In this document: piece by piece, positions 62,006 to 64,000 of the stretch | How positions within the stretch are numbered: position 1 is the stretch's first letter | Layout: every line of letters begins with the position of its first letter | Assembly: GCA_002269645.1 (NCBI GenBank) | Contig: NIVC01000343.1 | Location: forward strand, 39,755 to 103,754 | DNA: 64,000 bases | Direction: 5' to 3' | Source: Macrostomum lignano | Lineage: Eukaryota | Position numbers and translations under genes: made by a program | The notes under the pieces: model-generated | The model's database searches: none | Seen by the model: the letters and a program-made list of their open reading frames with translations, nothing else | What the model was told of the DNA's origin: nothing

Positions 62006-63214
62006 TCAGCAATTAGCCGGCATGTAGATCGGATTGTGAAAGGAGGTGCCGCCACCGCCGGCAGCCAATCCCGTGGCGGCGTCCAGATTGAGCTGCGGCC
62101 GGTAGCCGGCAGCCCAGCGGCCGCGGCGCCACAGACGGACCCCGATGACAATCAGACCGGCCAGAGCCGCTGCGCTGCACAGAGCCAGCACGACGGCGAC
62201 CGCCACAAACGTCGTCGACGAATATGTCGCGTTGCCGCTATTCCCCGAGCTAGTAGGCGTTGTTGGCGTTGCAAAGCACTGAGGCAGGCTACAATAGGCC
62301 AATTGAAGTTGCAGCGCTGGCGATTGAGCCGCAGTCACAAAGCAGACTGGCGAAGATCCAACACCGACAGAAGACACATTGCGGCAATAAGCAGCCGCAG
62401 AGCCCACAGTTTCGCTAACAAATTCATTCGCCTTCAGTCTGTCCGCGGCGGCTGCGTCGGTCTTGGCGACAAACGCTGTCGCGCCCAATGAGCTTCGACG
62501 AGTCGCCAGAGCCACGTCCCAGCGGATACAGGCTCGACCGTCGCGAGCTTCGCCAACTAGACTGCGGCTTCGAAGACAAGTTGAGTAGTTAGGGTCGGGT
62601 GCTGGCGTAGCGACTGCCGGTTGCCCAGCAACTAACCGTTTGCAGATGTAGGCAAACTTGTCTGAGCAGTTGGTCGCTGAGCGGAGGCCCCAGCCGAGGC
62701 TGAGCGAGTAGCAGCTGGCGGCGGTGGACCCGGCGCTGACGGCGGCAGGCGTCAGGTGGCCGACAGCTACGGCCGGATAGAGCAGGTCGGAGCGCAATGG
62801 CCGACTGTCCGAGCGCCAACTCCAATTGCCTCCTTGGCTGGTCAGGCCCAGCCAGACTTCGCTACCAACGCTGATGGCAGCTGATCGCAGAAAGTGCAAC
62901 TCGGCCGACTGGGCAAAGCCGCCCTGCTCAAGCTCGAGTAGCTGTCTGCTGCTGGCCGAACTATTGAGGCTTCTACAGGCTGCCTGAGCATCGGCGAACG
63001 TGGCAACGCTGTCAGCTGATCTGAATTCGTAGCAGGCGGAGCCAAACCGGGCAAACTTAGACGGACAGCCGGCGGAAGATGCCGGAGGGGCGACCGCGAC
63101 GGGTACGCCGCTGACTCGACAGAGTGGGCGAAGTTTCTTTGAGCACTGCTCGGTGCTCATGTGGCCGGATAGCCACCAGTAGGGGCTGCTACTGAGCCGT
63201 ACGCAGTCGTATTT
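62006..63214 (-). CDS. Last exon of a type I membrane protein: end of a C-type lectin domain, a full CTLD, a kringle-like domain, TM helix and FxNPxY tail (5' part outside window)
   Basis: Acceptor tctAG at 63216-63215, exon starts KYDCVRL...W...C...PLC. Then CPSKFARFGSACY...AQAAC...VWLGL...C...C...YICK; six-Cys kringle pattern (C, CIRW, YCRN, PVCF, YC, PQC); hydrophobic FVAVAVVLALCSAAALAGLIVIGV; FHNPIY. Confidence 0.85.
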   Translation of the reverse strand, partial: KYDCVRLSSSPYWWLSGHMSTEQCSKKLRPLCRVSGVPVAVAPPASSAGCPSKFARFGSACYEFRSADSVATFADAQAACRSLNSSASSRQLLELEQGGFAQSAELHFLRSAAISVGSEVWLGLTSQGGNWSWRSDSRPLRSDLLYPAVAVGHLTPAAVSAGSTAASCYSLSLGWGLRSATNCSDKFAYICKRLVAGQPAVATPAPDPNYSTCLRSRSLVGEARDGRACIRWDVALATRRSSLGATAFVAKTDAAAADRLKANEFVSETVGSAAAYCRNVSSVGVGSSPVCFVTAAQSPALQLQLAYCSLPQCFATPTTPTSSGNSGNATYSSTTFVAVAVVLALCSAAALAGLIVIGVRLWRRGRWAAGYRPQLNLDAATGLAAGGGGTSFHNPIYMPANC

Positions 63215-63359
63215 CTAGATTGATGTTTATAAATACACGGTTGTCGAACAAAGACTAAACAAAGAGTGTTGATTTAAATCAATATTCAACGAATATATAC
63301 TACTAAAGTATAAGGCCGCTCTGTGAAGTAAAATCCGTCTACAACTGTCTTTTTAGAAG

Positions 63360-64000
63360 CTCGAAACTTCACAATCACAATCTCGAAACTTCACAATCAA
63401 AATCTCGAAACTTCACAATCAAAATCTCGAAACTTCACAATCACAATCTCGAAACTTCACAATCACAATCTCGAAACTTCACAATCACAATCTCGAAACT
63501 TCACAATCACAATCTCGAAACTTCACAATCAAAATCTCGAAACTTCACAATCACAATCTCGAAACTTCACAATCACAATCTCGAAACTTCACAATCACAA
63601 GCTCGAAACTTTACAATCACAATCTCGAAACTTTACAATCACAATCTCGAAACTTCACAATCACAATCTCGAAACTTCACAATCACAATATCAAAACTTC
63701 ACAATCACAATATCAAAACTTCACAATCACAATATCAAAACTTCACAATCACAATCTCGAAACTTCACAATCACAATCTCGAAACTTCACAATCACAATC
63801 TCGAAACTTCACAATCACAATATCAAAACTTCACAATCACAATATCAAAACTTCACAATCACAATCTCGAAACTTCACAATCACAGGCTGAAACTTCACA
63901 ATCACAGGCTGGAAACTTCACAATCACAGCTGGAAACTTCACAATCACAGGCTGGAAACTTCACAGTCACAGGCTCGAACTTCACAATCACAGGCTCGAA
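63360..64000. repeat. 22-bp minisatellite (CTCGAAACTTCACAATCACAAT), runs off the window end
   Basis: Period 22; intron upstream of the lectin exon. Confidence 0.95.

Overview
Eukaryotic (metazoan) genomic DNA. GC/Ala-rich exons, GT-AG introns and roughly 45% tandem repeat (rough sum by eye) suggest a free-living flatworm such as Macrostomum; this is inference, not proof. I could hand-splice six genes. On the + strand: the last exon of a PCGF3/5-like Polycomb RING gene, a ClC-3/4/5-like Cl-/H+ antiporter, a CABIN1 orthologue and a nicotinic-type alpha subunit with an anion-selective (Pro-Ala-Lys) pore. On the - strand: a Vav GEF and the 3' exon of a C-type lectin/kringle/TM/NPxY receptor. Almost every intron holds its own minisatellite, and most long ORFs in the supplied track are artefacts of these arrays. 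Dispersed elements: three copies of a tRNA-headed CORE-like SINE and two MITE-like elements. Best lead: the CABIN1 frame starts at a splice acceptor directly before conserved codon 2 (LRIAALNA). No ATG|GT exon lies between it and the first AATAAA after the CLC gene, so the initiator AUG may come from the flatworm spliced leader within a PCGF-CLC-CABIN1 operon. Other leads: a 1-nt frameshift in CABIN1, loss of one zinc site in the Vav C1 domain, and mutually inverted repeat arrays in Vav introns.
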